From: the human T2T-CHM13v2.0 reference genome, Homo sapiens
Assembly: GCF_009914755.1 (NCBI RefSeq)
Contig: NC_060931.1
Length of the DNA stretch: 64,000 nt
Direction: 5' to 3' (one strand)
This document shows positions 1 to 18,439 of the stretch, piece after piece. The stretch's first letter is position 1. Every line of letters begins with the position of its first letter. The position numbers were made by a program, and so were the translations under genes. The notes below the pieces were generated by a model, which saw nothing but the letters and a program-made list of their open reading frames with translations, did no database searches and was not told where the DNA came from.

Positions 1-1060
1 CTGTGTAATGTAAGTAAGCCTCTGCTTACTTCCTACCCTCATTGTATGGCATTCCTCTTTCCCCACCAGGCATTAAGCCACTTACCTTCTCTTAGTCCCT
101 CAAATATATCAAGCTTATTCTCACTATAGGTCTCTAAGAGCTCTTCCCTCTGCCTAGGATATTCTTTCCTTTGATATTCACATGGTTGGCTCTTTCTTGT
201 AAATCAGATTTCAGCTTAATTTCACTTCCTCAGCGAGGATTTCATGAGCCCGTCCCCACAGTATCTCTCTCACGTATCATATTCTTCTATCTCATACTCT
301 TTTGTACTCTTAAGACTTAGAAAAGTGCCTGCATAGAGTTGCTTCATACATACACACTAGCTGAAAGCATGAAACAGTGAAAGTATGCAAATACTTATTT
401 GGTTATGTCTTAATTAATTAATCCGAACCACAGACCAAAGCTATCTTCACCCAAACTACTTTCACATTCAGAACAAACAAACAAACAAACAAAAACTTAT
501 TTGTCATCGTAGGCTTGGAGCACATAAAATGTTATTTCTGAATCATTACTAGGGGAGCCTTCCTATCAGAGAAGGTACCTCGTTTTAAGAGTCAGGAAAA
601 TTCTGGGAAGGGGTTACTGAAACCTACAAATGATGATGTTTTCATTTTTCTTTCACCTTTCCCTAAGAAAATGCCTTCAAAGGTCATAGCTCACATTTAT
701 ACTGAGGGCCCCTAAATTACTTTGCTGATATTGTTGGCATTACTCTTTGAAAATAATCTCTGTTAACCATTTTCTCTTGGTTGATCTGTTTCTTGTTTGG
801 ATACTACTTCTATTTTCCTTAATTCGCCTCTTCTTTCTCTTTTCTTCTCAATTTGCATTAATAGCAGAGTTTGGCTTTAAAAGCTATCAAAAGAATCTTT
901 ATTAATGAGTCATTTATGTTGTCATATTATTATTTTTTCATTGCAGCTAGTGCTTGGAGAGGCTTTTTCTGTTATTACCAGATTTGGCTGATTTGGAAGT
1001 AACTATTATCAAAGATAACAGAAATCACCATACTTTGGTCTCTCGTATTTCATATTGTAG

Positions 1061-1710
<650 letters not shown>

Positions 1711-1961
1711 CTGAGCTTATATTTCTAACAGTAAAATACTGAAATGGAAACAGGACATGCTTGCTACCAGGGTATTTTTTATTTTTCCTGAACCATTTTG
1801 ACTTTCTCCTACCCATTAAGTGAAGCTGCTGAACACACCACACCTTTCCCAACAAATACTTATTTGGTCCCAGTAAATCCAATCAAGCTTTACCATGACT
1901 CATTTTATATTAAACCAAAACACCTATTCTATTGTCTGTAAAAACGTTAAGAGATACTTGC

Positions 1962-2009
1962 TGTTGCTTTTTCTCGTTCTTCACTGCTTTTCTTCTTTTT
2001 TGCTCGCAC
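1962..2009 (-). CDS. FAM133B: FAM133B exon 10 (VRAKKKKSSEEREKAT); final exon lies outside the window
   Basis: TTTCTAG| acceptor; 3' end inferred at ACA|GCAAGT (GC donor) from the recalled protein ...EKATEKTKK and the phase-0 pattern. Confidence 0.88.
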
Positions 2010-2252
2010 CTAGAAAGTTTAAATTTTTGTGGAGAACAGAAGACAAACATGTAATTTGTACTCAAGGCATTTTTCTTTCATTCTCTATCTTGCATCTTCA
2101 AAATTTAAATGTAAAAAACATTTTGACAATCACAGGACATTTAAAATAACTCCTGTTATATCTCAATGAGGTTTCAATAAAAAACATAAAGGAAGGACAA
2201 TTAAGACGTAAAATCTCTAGACAGCTTCTCTTATATTCCCTTTCAGCACCTA

Positions 2253-2645
<393 letters not shown>

Positions 2646-2876
2646 CTATCTTACTCTCAACATCTGTAAAATGTAGATAATATCCACCCTCAAGGGGAAG
2701 TGCCTAAAATACAGCAGGTATTTCTCTCACTCTATGGTGCTCAACAAATGGTAGCTCTATATTCAGTGTAGTTAGTATAAAGCCAATAGGTTAAAATTCT
2801 AAGTAAGAATTATCATCCCATTTATATTTTATTTCAATCTTTTTGAGTGTGGTACACTGGATTTAAATTAAACTGA

Positions 2877-3184
2877 GGCCGGGGGCAGCGGCTGGTGCCT
2901 GTGATCCCAGCGCTTTGATAGGCCAAGGTGGGAGAATTGCTTGAGGCCAGGAGTTCAAGACCAGCCTGGGTAACCTAGTTAAGACTTCACCTCTACAAAA
3001 AAATTTTTGTTAAAAATTAGTGGGGTGTGGTGGCATGTGACTGTAGTCCTAGCTACTTGGAAGGGTGAAGTGGAAAATCACTTGAGCCCAGGAGTTCCAG
3101 GCTGCAGTGATCTATGACTGCACCATTGCCCTCCAGCCTGGGCGATAGAGCAAGAACCTGCCTCTAAAAAAATAAGAATAAATA
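2877..3184 (+). mobile_element. AluJ
   Basis: Diverged Alu dimer. Confidence 0.88.
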
Positions 3185-3717
3185 AGCTGAAAGTTGTCAA
3201 AGCTTTCATAAACTTTCGTATTACATGTTAAGTCCAAATGTGAGATATTTCATATTAAACTTGCTACCATGTAGCAGACAAACATAATACAACACTAATA
3301 CATTACATACAAAACAATATTTATAAATTTGCCTAATGTTGAATTGCGTGGTTTTGCTGCTAAGTGACTACGACATTAAATACATGACAAATACATAAAA
3401 ATGCAATTAACAATAAAAGGAAGCATGAGGACTAAAAAAAATATAACACATTAAGCACTAGAGATCACAAGCTCACAACAGAGATCACTAACTCACTAGC
3501 TCTCTTTACCGAGCACCTAGGAAACAATATTTTTATTGTTATTCTTGTTATTACAATGACTAAGGGTGACAGCAGATGTACTACATCTATATTTAGCCAG
3601 GCAGAGATGAGGGATGCTGTCACGCCATGTCCTGAACAGCCCTGTACATCCTCCACGACTTTTGAATAGCCTGCTAAACATTCATGTGATGAATCTGTTT
3701 ACAATACAGAAACTAAA

Positions 3718-4901
<1,184 letters not shown>

Positions 4902-5761
4902 TGAAATCAGAAAGGAGAGAGGCACAAACAAACAAAAATGCAAGACTCAGGGAATGGGGAGATGAGGAATATAGTAGACAGAGATAGAGCTGGGCAGGAC
5001 TGATACAGGAGGAGGCTAATACGGAAACGATTAAAGAATCATGAAAACCAGCTCTTGTTGCAATCTGCTACCACCCCTTGTAAGCAAGGGTAAGATCCTC
5101 AACTCTTTTAGATTACACTATTGGGGGTTAAGTATGTTGATCGCTAAAGAAAGCTACAGTTTTAAAAATAAATGATTCTAGGGCAAACTTGGCTTAGATT
5201 TTACTGTAACACCAAGAATTATGCAAACTTTAGCCACCATTTACTCTGTCTCAGGTATGATGCAATGCCTTTCGTAATTTATCATCTCATTTAGTTCTCA
5301 CAACGAAGTAATATGATATGTTTCCTGCCAACATTTCTTCTCCACTTCATCACCTTTCTACTCCCCGAAAAGTAGCTCAAAACACAGCTAAATATCAACT
5401 AAACTGAGATAGTATATGCAATGTTCTATTTTAACAATGTAAGAGAATGTTTGGTTTCAACATGCTGTATGTTACACAGCTTCTTTCATGTAACAAGAAT
5501 GGTAGCACAATAAAAAGGAAATATTAGAAGACTAAAAATATCTCAGATTAGAAAGGTATGTGGAAATACAGTTAATTATAAAAAATAATAGATAATTATC
5601 TTCTGGAAAAAAGCAAAACTCATTCTGAAATGAAATAACTTTCATTTTGTTTTTTCATACTAGAAAGGTGAATAAATTAAATATGAAGTATTTCTTTTTC
5701 TAAGTCATATTTATTAAATCAATAACTAAGCATTTTAAAATAGAGAAAATGGATTTGATCA

Positions 5762-5863
<102 letters not shown>

Positions 5864-8385
5864 CTATGAAAAATAAATACATTTATCTTGACTCAGACAT
5901 ACTTTGTCACACACATTTTATGTTTCTAAGTTCTATTTAATTCTTCTAATTATTATAATTACCCATTTTTATTTTAGAATGTCTAAAAAGTGTAACATTT
6001 ACCAGGATTTAAGTCTTTAATTCCACTAAAGCAATATTAAATATATTGAAAAGAAATAACTACATATCCATTTAGATGTAATATCCATCTTATTTTCTTA
6101 AATTATACAGAATAGACTTTATACAGTCATATGAAATATGCAGATAATGTAAGATTTGGTTCCTTTGTATTCTAATTCTTTTGTTTCTACCCAGGATTGG
6201 ATTAGACAGGCCTAGTACTGCAGAAAAGAAAATAAATGGGTGATTATTTGCAGTGATCTAAAAGAATCTCTATGTAGTAATTCCTTTAGCGCAAAGTGTT
6301 AAATGTAAATATGTGTTTAAAAAAATCTTAACCTCTAAGTATTTTTAATGTTGAAAAAGTGAGTAACTCTGGAGAAGGAGAGGGGACTGAGATTGGGAGT
6401 AGTACTTAGGGGCTTAAATATATATTTGAAGAAATAAAAAAAAATTATGACAACACCCAAAGCAAGTGTAACAAAATGTTAAGATTTATTCGAGCTGCAT
6501 AGTGGATATGCTGGTTATCATTTTATTATTTTTCATGGAACTGTTCTGTATATCTGAAGTAGTTCATAACAAAAACAAAACTACCCAATGGAAAAAATGT
6601 TCACCACCTAATCTTACATAAAAAATTCAGAATGTACAACTTTTTATATAGCGTGAGTCTAATTTTGAAGACAAACAAAAATGCAGAAAATAAACTAACA
6701 GTGATGATCTCTCTATGGGCTAGATTATAGCAGACTTCCTTTTGTTTCTGCAAACAGCATTGTTATTTTGGCCAAAATGTTAAATGTTAACTGTAAGAAA
6801 ATGGACTCAAATCCCACTATCAGAAATTAAACACCATTAAGATTTTTGGAAACATCTTTCTAAGTGTATGTTTACAATATTACATAAATACCTGCTGTCT
6901 GGAACCTGCTCTTCTCACCCAATAGTATCTTTCCATGCCAACTACATCATTTATGGCTGCATTTAACATTCACTAAAATGCCAGAATTTACTTAACCCAT
7001 CTCCTTCTGGAGGAAAGAAATATGGGTTCTTTGCTATTAAAAACAAAGTTGAAATAGAATGAAGTGTATGTGAGTGCAAACTCTTTAATAACGATGACTA
7101 AATCAAAGACCAACGTAGCCTTCACACAAATGATCATCTTTTTCTCCCACCATGTCCAAAACTGTCTGTCATCCATTTATGAATCACACTTTACCAAGAA
7201 GCCTCCCTCTCAGGCTCTTTATCAATCGTATCAGAGAATACAGTTTGTGTTTTCTTTTAGAATTGCCTAAACGTATATTTGCCAATTTGTCTGTGTATGT
7301 GTGGTATTCTTTTTTCCTTATTAAAGATCATTAGTTTTTTGTGTTATACATTCTTAGAAGTTTTTCTTAGTCTGTTCATTGTAGTTAAACTTTGTTCACA
7401 GTTTAATTTTTGTAATCAGTTTTTGCCATTCAGAATTTGAAATATATGGTCAAAAGTTTGAGTTTTGAGGCATAAGCCTTCCCCACCCCAGTACTGTAAT
7501 AGTCACCCTTTCTCTAGTTGCATTTTCATACATTGAAATCTCTGAGCTGTCTGGGATGTATTTGGCTTTATGTAGTGGCCAGCTTTATATTTTCCAAATG
7601 ATTAGTCATTTTGTTCCAAGAAATGCCATCTTTATCATATTATTACATTCCACAGATTCTCGAATTTTCACCTGGACTCTACACTGTTCCATTGTTTTGT
7701 CTATTCCTGTACTAGTACTGCACTGTGTTAATTAAAACATTCTTATAATGTTTTAATATCCAGTACGGCAAGTTATACCCAGGAACACGTTATGACTCTC
7801 CATTTATTCAATCTTCATATATGTCTCTGAATAGACTTGTATAGTTTTCTTCAAATAAGTACTGTTTACTTCTTTAAAATTTTCTTGCAGATTTTTTGGT
7901 TACTACTATAAAGAGGATATTTTCTACCACTGTATTTTCTAATTGAGTATTTTATTATCAGCACTTTCAGAATAATTTTAAATAATAAAGGGGCTAAAAA
8001 CAATGATTATGTGACTTAAAATTAAAGCCTTTATATAATTATAATAGACACAAAAACAAAGTAAAGAGACGCCATGGACCAGAAAATGTTGTTTCTTTCC
8101 AACAGAAAAATGGGCAAAGACTATGAAAAGCAATGCAAAGAAAATGAAATATGAATGGCTAATAAGCAGGTTAAGAAGCTCAACCATTTGTATACATTAA
8201 ATTTGCAATAATGACATCTCCCTGGGTTGACAAGTATGTGAAACAAGGGTATTTTTATACACTAGCAAGAATGCAAAATAACAAGCACTTGGGCAAGCAA
8301 AATGTTCGTAAGTTGAATGTGTATGCACATCCTAGAACTTAGAAATTACAGTCCAAAGTATCCTTTAGAAAATTAACAGTAAACT

Positions 8386-8755
<370 letters not shown>

Positions 8756-9111
8756 TTAAAACAATCTAGATGTTCATAAAAAGGAGAACGGAGAAATAAT
8801 TGTGGTGGATTAATTAGTAGAATACCATAAGCAAAAGAAACAAACTTGAAAGTATCAGTAAGGATAGATGTCAACAGTAATGCTGAATGAAAAGAAACAA
8901 GTTTCAGAAGGAAACACAATGTTACCATTTTGATAATACACAGTATTCTTCCCATTCCAGTAGGTATAACTAATTAAAAAAAAAAGAAACTCAATATTCT
9001 GTTATTTATGAACACATACTAATATAATAAAAGTATATAAATGTGGATAGGAAAGACATACACTAGTTTCAGGATCAGCTATATCAAAGGAAAAAATGAT
9101 AGTTTGGGGAC

Positions 9112-9430
<319 letters not shown>

Positions 9431-10009
9431 TAAAACAAGACTTGAAGCCAATGTAAATCATTTATTAATTCTAACTGGTAAATATATTAATATTTGTTGA
9501 TTACATGTGTGTATATTACTCTGTATCTAATATTTTAAGTACTTAAAAATTGCAGTTCAGTTTTAATATTTCATGTTTCTATGTTACCAGATTTAATTTC
9601 ACACATACTTTTTTTTTTTAAATATGAGGGTAACCACTTATTTTATAATCGTTCTGAAAATCAGGAATTAATGCTGAATTATATCACATCCTTCTGACAA
9701 CTACTGAAATAATCATATGGTTTCTTTCCTTGATCAGTTAATATGGCAAATTATATTAAATTATCCTTGAATTCTTGGAATTGGTCATTACAGTTTCTTT
9801 TTTAAGTGTCTTTTTAAATTAAATTTTATTTTTTTTTAAATTTAGATGCAGGGTCTCACTCTCTCTCCCAGGATAAAGTGTAGTGGCATGACCTTGTGGG
9901 CTCAGTCTCCCAAGTAGCTAGGACTACAGGCATATGCCATCACGCCTGGTTAGTTTTTAAAATTAATTAAAAAAAATTTAAAATTAATTTTTATTTGCAA
10001 ATTGTTATG

Positions 10010-10490
10010 TAAACCACTCCTAGGCATATACCCAAGAGAAATGAAAACATGCATCCATACAAAAACTTGTGTTTATAAATGTCCATAGCATCATTACAAT
10101 AGCCAAATGGTAGAAACAAAACCAAATGTCCATCAACAAATGAATGGATGGCGAAATCCGCCACACACACACACGGAATATTACTTAGCCATACAAAAAA
10201 CCAAAGTACTGATACATGCTACAACTTGGATGAAATTTGAAAATACTATGCCAGCTGAAAGACACAAAAGGTCGCATATTGTATGACTGCTTTTATATGA
10301 TAAATCCAGAATAGGCAAATCCATAGTCAGAATACCCATTAGAGGTTACTAGAGAATGAGGGAGTGGTGGTGATTATTTAATGGATATGGAGTGTTTTTA
10401 TGGGCTGATGAAAGTTTTGAAACGAGAGTGAGATGGTGGTTGCACAACACTGTAAATACATTAATACTGAATTTTAGCTTTAAAATATGG
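10010..10490 (+). mobile_element. L1M 3' end fragment
   Basis: ccactcctaggcatatacccaagagaaatgaaaaca...caaatgtccatcaacaaatgaatgg, typical of the L1 3' region. Confidence 0.85.
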
Positions 10491-10571
10491 TATATACCAT
10501 TGTGTACCATGGTATATTAAATGAAACTGAAACTGAATTTCAGTTTCATTTTCTATCATTAAAAAAATATG

Positions 10572-10868
<297 letters not shown>

Positions 10869-11170
10869 AAAAAAATATGTAAATTCTGAGTAAAAACTAG
10901 TGACACTGGTCTGTAGTTTTATTACTGCCCTCTTTAGGTTTTTATTTTTAATAACCAGAATAACAATTTTAAATGTAAACCAGAAATTAAGGTAGGCATA
11001 AATTCTGCTTTAACTATATAGGTAAGTTATAAATGAAGGTAAAACATTTATTTACAATAGTAAGAAGATTTTTCAATATTTATCTATGGTATATTCAATT
11101 TGAAAGAGAAATTAATGTTCTTTAATTGGAAGGGCCTTCTTCAAAATGGTTTAAGAAATCAAAGGAAATA

Positions 11171-11440
11171 GGCTGGGCACGGAGAGGCCGAGGCAGGCGC
11201 ATCACCTGAGGTCAGGGTTTTGAAAGCAGCCTGGCCAACATGGCGAAACCGTCTCTACTAAAAATACAAAAATCAGCTGGGCGTGGTGACACACACCTGT
11301 AGTCCCAGCTACAGGGAGGCTGAGGCAGGAAAATCGCTTGAACCCAGGAGATAGAGGTTGCAGTGAGCTGAAACGGCACCACTGTACTCCAGCCTGGGTG
11401 ACAAAGCGAGACTCCATCTCAAAAGAAAAAGAAAAAAAGA
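11171..11440 (+). mobile_element. AluS with internal 5' deletion
   Basis: Alu consensus; TSD AAGAAATCAAAGGAAAT. Confidence 0.9.
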
Positions 11441-11718
11441 AATCAAAGGAAATGTTTAATCTGCTAATCTGCATTATTTTGTATTTTTAATCTGAGATAA
11501 TCCATTAATCTATATAAATTCAAACTCTTGGCCTAGAATACTCTTTTGATCCTTTATCTTCAATAATGAATCCAAATTAAAAATTGCTTTAAATTGAAAC
11601 AAAATATTACAAAAACAAAATAAATATATCTCTTAAAAAGAGATACACATTATTGTTATTTAAGTCAATTAAGTATTATATGACAGACTATCTTAAGGCA
11701 ATGTAAAAGTATAGTTAC

Positions 11719-11769
11719 CTTTTCTTTCTCAGTTCCATCTTTTGACTTCTTTTTCTTTTTTAAACTATC
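11719..11769 (-). CDS. FAM133B: FAM133B exon 8 (DSLKKKKKSKDGTEKEK)
   Basis: TTTAG| acceptor, AAG|GTAACT donor; 51 nt. Confidence 0.94.
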
Positions 11770-12119
11770 CTAAACAAAGAAATATATGTATCAATTTTAA
11801 ATGCCAAGGACACAGCATTACAGAACAAGGACAAAAACACCCAAAAAGTGATTTGCTCTATGACTGAAAAAAGGCTACTCCAATCCCAGTATATTATTCC
11901 GAAAATTTAAGAGAAATATAAGTTATGTATACATTTGCTTGTAAGCAAACAGGCTTCTTTATCTGGCTGTATACCAAATTTACTCTTAAAATGATAAGTA
12001 CTGTCTGTAATACCCACACAGCTTATTTTAAAATAGGACTTCGTGTCATTGCCTGTGTTTGCTTATGGTGGTCACATGTACTGGAGTTGTATTCTAATTT
12101 GAGGAGGCAACAATTTCTG

Positions 12120-12305
12120 CTTTTGAATCCTTTGAGTTCTAGCTATTAATCTTCCTAAGCCTAGTTTCCTTATCCACTTTATCCATAAAGCGGATTACCA
12201 AATTACTTCCTGAAGTTGTTGAGATTCAATGAGTTAATAAATTAAGTGCTTAGAATTGTGCCTAACAGATAGTAGGCACTCAATAAATGTTAGCTATCAT
12301 TATCA
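12120..12305. mobile_element. MIR
   Basis: MIR core (aagcctagtttccttatc...gttgttgagattcaatgagttaat...gtgcttagaa). Confidence 0.7.
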
Positions 12306-12461
12306 TGAGACTAGCTCTTCTGCTTTAAAAGACAAAGAGAAAACCAACATTTACTGAGTACTTTCTAGATGCTAGGTATTTTGCCAGAAGATCTCTCACG
12401 GGGGCAGGCAGCTATCTGTTATAAATGCAGACAGCTGCTTTGGTTTCCTGAGACTCTAGTA

Positions 12462-12649
12462 CAGTGTTTGTCAAATTGTGGTCCATAAACACCCCAGTAT
12501 CAGAATCACACAGGGCATCTGTTAAAGACGTAGGTTTCCAAGCCTAATCAGATACTAAAACAGACTCTGGAGGTAGGGCTCAGGAATCAACACTTTTTTC
12601 CGAGAACTTCTTAACTTTTTTCTGACCAGTAATGTTTGAAAGCCAACTG
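12462..12649. mobile_element. MER5A-like hAT DNA transposon
   Basis: cagtg...tcagaatcac...ctcaggaatc...tttgaaagccaactg termini. Confidence 0.7.
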
Positions 12650-13032
12650 TGTGTCTGACAATCCTGGTTAGTACAGAACAAATTTAGGTACGGTATAGTA
12701 GAAAGGACATTGGACCAGATTTTAGAAGATAAAGACTCAACTTTTAATTCTAATTCCAGCTGTATCATTTTAAGCCAATGCTTTTTATCTGAACTCTAAC
12801 TTCTTTATGAAAACAGGGACAATAATGTCAGTTGCCATGGAAATGTGGAGACATGGAGATATATATATATGAAAGCACTTGAATTATTAAATGTCACATG
12901 CAAGATATTATCAAGTATATCAATTAAGTGGCATAGAACATCAAAGTACAAATATCAGACTATCTTATTTTTAAATTGAGAGCAACTTTAGGCAGAAAAA
13001 CTTAATTAAATGTCTTTGTATCCAATATATTA

Positions 13033-13143
<111 letters not shown>

Positions 13144-13602
13144 CTACATAAAATATTTTTAGAAACATTTGCTTTCTGTCTCAAAAATCTAATTTACACA
13201 TTTATTAATATAAAACTTTTATCAGTGAACAAAATTTCACAAAAGGATCAGTTTCTATATTTTTTTCTTAATACTTAATACATCACTTTCCTGTTATAAA
13301 GATCAAGTGATTTGAATCACATGTAATGCCTAGCATCTAGTCAAATAGCATTTGATTTTTCAAATATTTTCTTCTACTGATATTTTTAGGTCAACAAAAC
13401 AAATTTTAAAATCTAAAAAATATATTATATACCAATATTTAAGTTCCTAGTTACCACTCACTCATGTTAGTCCTCTAAGTTATGGATAATTAATCAAAAC
13501 CTGGAAGTCAACATTTCTAACAGATATTTCACAATGGGTTTCCACTTGACATTAAAGAAATTAAGAGATATTATTTCATGAACCATTATAAGCAAACCTT
13601 AC

Positions 13603-13665
13603 CTCATCTTCAGAATCAGAAGAACTGCTGGAAGAATCAGAGCTTGATGAAGAAGAAGATGAATA
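13603..13665 (-). CDS. FAM133B: FAM133B exon 6 (YSSSSSSSSDSSSSSSDSEDE)
   Basis: GTCAAG| acceptor, GAG|GTAAGG donor; 63 nt poly-Ser. Confidence 0.94.
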
Positions 13666-14097
13666 CTTGACCAAGCACAAAACAATTAAAGCTTGTGAGA
13701 TGCGAGAATGTTTTTCTTTTACAAAGTCTCTCAAATACTTAGTGAAATCAATCTAGTGTCTGAGAAACAGATGCCATATTCATAAGTCATAAATATGAAA
13801 ATATAAAATGTCACACTTGTTCCCTGTACAAAAGCTCAACAAGTTAACATATGTGGCCATGGTCACCAATCTTTCTCTTTAAATAGCAACAGAAAATGTA
13901 CTACGTTATAAGGTGGTTGGCACCGTTTTTTATGTCAGTGATAGAACAAAATCACTCTTCACAATCAAAGAACCTCTAAGTTCCTTGACTCATCTGGAGT
14001 TTAAGCTACCTTTAGCATACAGGTTAAACAAATTATTCTTACTTTTTTTGTTGGCTCTTAATTGTAACGTTTAGAAAAATGGAAAATTTTTGCTCAC

Positions 14098-14130
14098 CCT
14101 ACCAGATTTCTTCTTTTCTTTTTTCTTTCT
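14098..14130 (-). CDS. FAM133B: FAM133B exon 5 (RKKKEKKKSGR)
   Basis: TTTAG| acceptor, AGG|GTGAGC donor; 33 nt. Confidence 0.93.
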
Positions 14131-14236
14131 CTAAATGGAAACAAAAGTACAAGTCTAAATAAGCTGATGTGAGTTTGCAAATGCATCTATTAACAGTAGT
14201 ATACAGCATTATTATGAAAATCCAACTATGAGATTA

Positions 14237-14371
<135 letters not shown>

Positions 14372-14698
14372 CTATCTAACCTTTCCAATACACCTAATAT
14401 ACAGAGACAGCCACTGCTTCCTTCCCTCCATCCTCTTAATACCTCTCACCCATTTCAGCTTCTAATTACAGTCAAAAGAAACACAGGTGCCAATCCTTGA
14501 CCCTATCACCAAAGGACCCTCTACTAGCTCTTTTCAAAGAGCATATTAAGGGATAGGGGTTCTGTATTATTGAGCAGCAGGCATTATTACTGAAGCTGAG
14601 GTCTCTTTTCAACAAAGATGGCTAGATTCTCCGTCTAGGCTGTAAAAGTTGAATTAATCATTACTGTGATTGATATGTTATATACATGTTTGTAATCA

Positions 14699-15226
<528 letters not shown>

Positions 15227-15237
15227 AAATTAGTCTA

Positions 15238-15372
<135 letters not shown>

Positions 15373-15820
15373 TCAAGCAATTCAAATTAGATAAATGCTT
15401 ACAAATAAGACAACAAAATTTCATAAACTCTTCTAAATATTCTAATAGACTTCTATTCAATGTTGGTAACATTTCAATTTCTTTGTTCACGTTTATAAAA
15501 ATAAATTACCATAATAAAGCTAAATAAATAACACTAATCACTCCTTTTCTAAATATGGATTATAAGAGCTAATACACCAAACATCTAAGCACTTACAACA
15601 GGCACTATTTAAAATACATTTTCATTTAATCCTCACAACGACCCTCTGAGAAAAGGTATGGATCCCCATTTTATAGATAAAGAAACTGAAGCTTGGAGAA
15701 GGTAAGAAATCCACCTAAGGTCATAAACCTGGTAGTTTTCAGTGTTAGGATGCCCTGAAATCTATCTGACTGAACTACTACATTCCATATATGACCCATT
15801 TAATAAGGTACCTAACATGC

Positions 15821-16697
15821 TGTGCAGAGAAGAGTTAATACAGCTCGCCTGACTGCTTAATCTTGGAAAGACATACTTAAAAGACTGGCCCTAGGTGGGC
15901 ATCTGGGAACTTGAATTCGGAGGATTCTTACTATTCTCTGATAAGAGCAGATCATTGTTCCTAAAACTGTTTGTACAAACAATGTAGTTCAAGCTAAATA
16001 CCTGTTTTCCTTCTGGGAAGCTGGAATTTTTTTTAAAAAGAGACAAGGCCTTGCTCTGTCACCCAAGCTAGAATGTAGTGGCATGATCATAGTTCACTGT
16101 AATCTTCAACTCCTGGCCTCAAGCAATCCTCCTGCCTCAGTATCCCAAGTAGCTAAGACTACAGGCATGTACTACCACATCCAGCTAATTAAAAAAAAAA
16201 AAAAAAACACATAAATATTTTTTGTAGAGACAGCATCTTGCTACGTTGCCCAGGCTGATCTCAAACTCCTGGCCTCAAGCAATCCTCCTGCCTCGGCCTC
16301 CTGAAGTGCTGAAACTGTAGGCATGAGCAACCATGCCCAGCCCTGGAATCTGGAATTTTGGTACATGACAGGCAGAGGCTGACCAGCCTCAATAAAAACC
16401 CTGGGCACTGAGTCTCTAATGAGCTTCAATTGGTTGCCAAAATCTCACATGTATTATCACAACTCCTTACTAAGGGCATTAAGTGCCTCTCACGTGATCC
16501 CACTAGGGGAGGACCCTTCAAAGCCTGTTCCGGGACTTACCCAAACTTTGCTCCCTGTGCCTTTTCCTTTTGCTGATTGTGCTTGGTAGCCCTTCACAGT
16601 AATAAATCTTACCATGAGTACGACTATCTGCTGAAACTCCAGTGAGTCCCTACGAGTTACTCAACCTGAGGGCTGTCTTGATGATTTCTGATACACA
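15821..16697 (+). mobile_element. MER21-like ERV LTR interrupted by AluJ (-, ~16027-16342)
   Basis: tgtgcagagaagagttaata...gcatctgggaacttg...aataaa...aca; Alu TSD CTGGAATTT. Confidence 0.75.
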
Positions 16698-17446
16698 TGT
16701 AATATATTTACTTGGACATTTCTCCTCGAAAGTTCATTCCCTCTCCCCATTAAAACATACTTTGTTTTGGGATAATGCATTTTCTGGTATGCTGCAATGG
16801 TTAACAATGGCATTCACACACACTGGTAAACAATCCTTACTTCTTATTTAACTCAAAGGAAGGATTCCCTATTATACATAAGCATACTTTTCAACCAGTT
16901 GCCTAGTTTTCAGGGGCACTTGGGATTCTGAAGTTAACAGCTCTGAAGCCTGTTGTATGTTGTCTCAGGAGTAAGGTATTAATAACGAGGAAGACATACT
17001 AAAGAATAACATGGCCCATACTCTGATGCTTTATTTACAAAAATCAGTCAGTTTTTCTAATTCATTGAAAAGCTGGCAGATAAAACTAGAAACAAAGCTG
17101 AATATTATTCTTCCTGCTATCTGGTTACACATCAGTAAAGGACAAGACTACTTAAACTCACTAAATAGCTTTGACCACTGCAAGGTTAGGGTCTTTTATG
17201 GAATAGAGAAGAGACTGGTATGAAAAAGTTACCTGGCAGTGCTTTGGCTATACTGGGTAGTGGGTTCTTAAATGTTTGCTTTATAATTGTACACGTGTTT
17301 CACACATTCAAAAGAAAGCACATATCAAATGTTACTTAAAAAAATTACTTATCTGGCAATTGCTTGGTAATCAATAAAATCAATTAAAGTCTTAAGAATA
17401 AACTTTAAAAAGTTGATAAAAGCTTATAAATAGGTAAAGTGTTTCA

Positions 17447-17578
<132 letters not shown>

Positions 17579-17740
17579 TTAAAGCAATCATTAAACATGC
17601 AAAACCTCACTTACTCATCAAGTAATCTTTACTATAAATGCATAATATATCCAGCTAAGTATATGCAATCTGACTAACCAACTCTTTATTCTAAAAAAAT
17701 TAATTTAATCCTCTTTTAAGTCTTAAAAGTTTGGGAGAAA

Positions 17741-17742
<2 letters not shown>

Positions 17743-17780
<38 letters not shown>
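17743..17780. repeat. (TG)n microsatellite
   Basis: Seen directly. Confidence 0.97.
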
Positions 17781-17784
<4 letters not shown>

Positions 17785-17909
17785 ACAAGAGATTTGATGA
17801 AATAATAGATACCTCTGACCTACTGATGGCTTTACAGCTCTTTCTCCTAAAGCCCAGTAACCCTGTGAGGGTGATAACAGTATGTTCACTAGAAAATTAA
17901 GAAACTCAA

Positions 17910-18317
<408 letters not shown>

Positions 18318-18439
18318 CTAACTCTAAATTCATTGTTTATTCAACTACATCTTGTCTCCCACGAAATACTATGTCATAGTGATGACAATTTTATTCATAA
18401 ATAGTTAACATCAAAAATTGTAGGCAGGCAAGAAAAAAA

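Noticed and set aside
1946-1957. GTATCTCT resembling a U12 donor
   Set aside because: Deviates from RTATCCTT and would shift the reading frame
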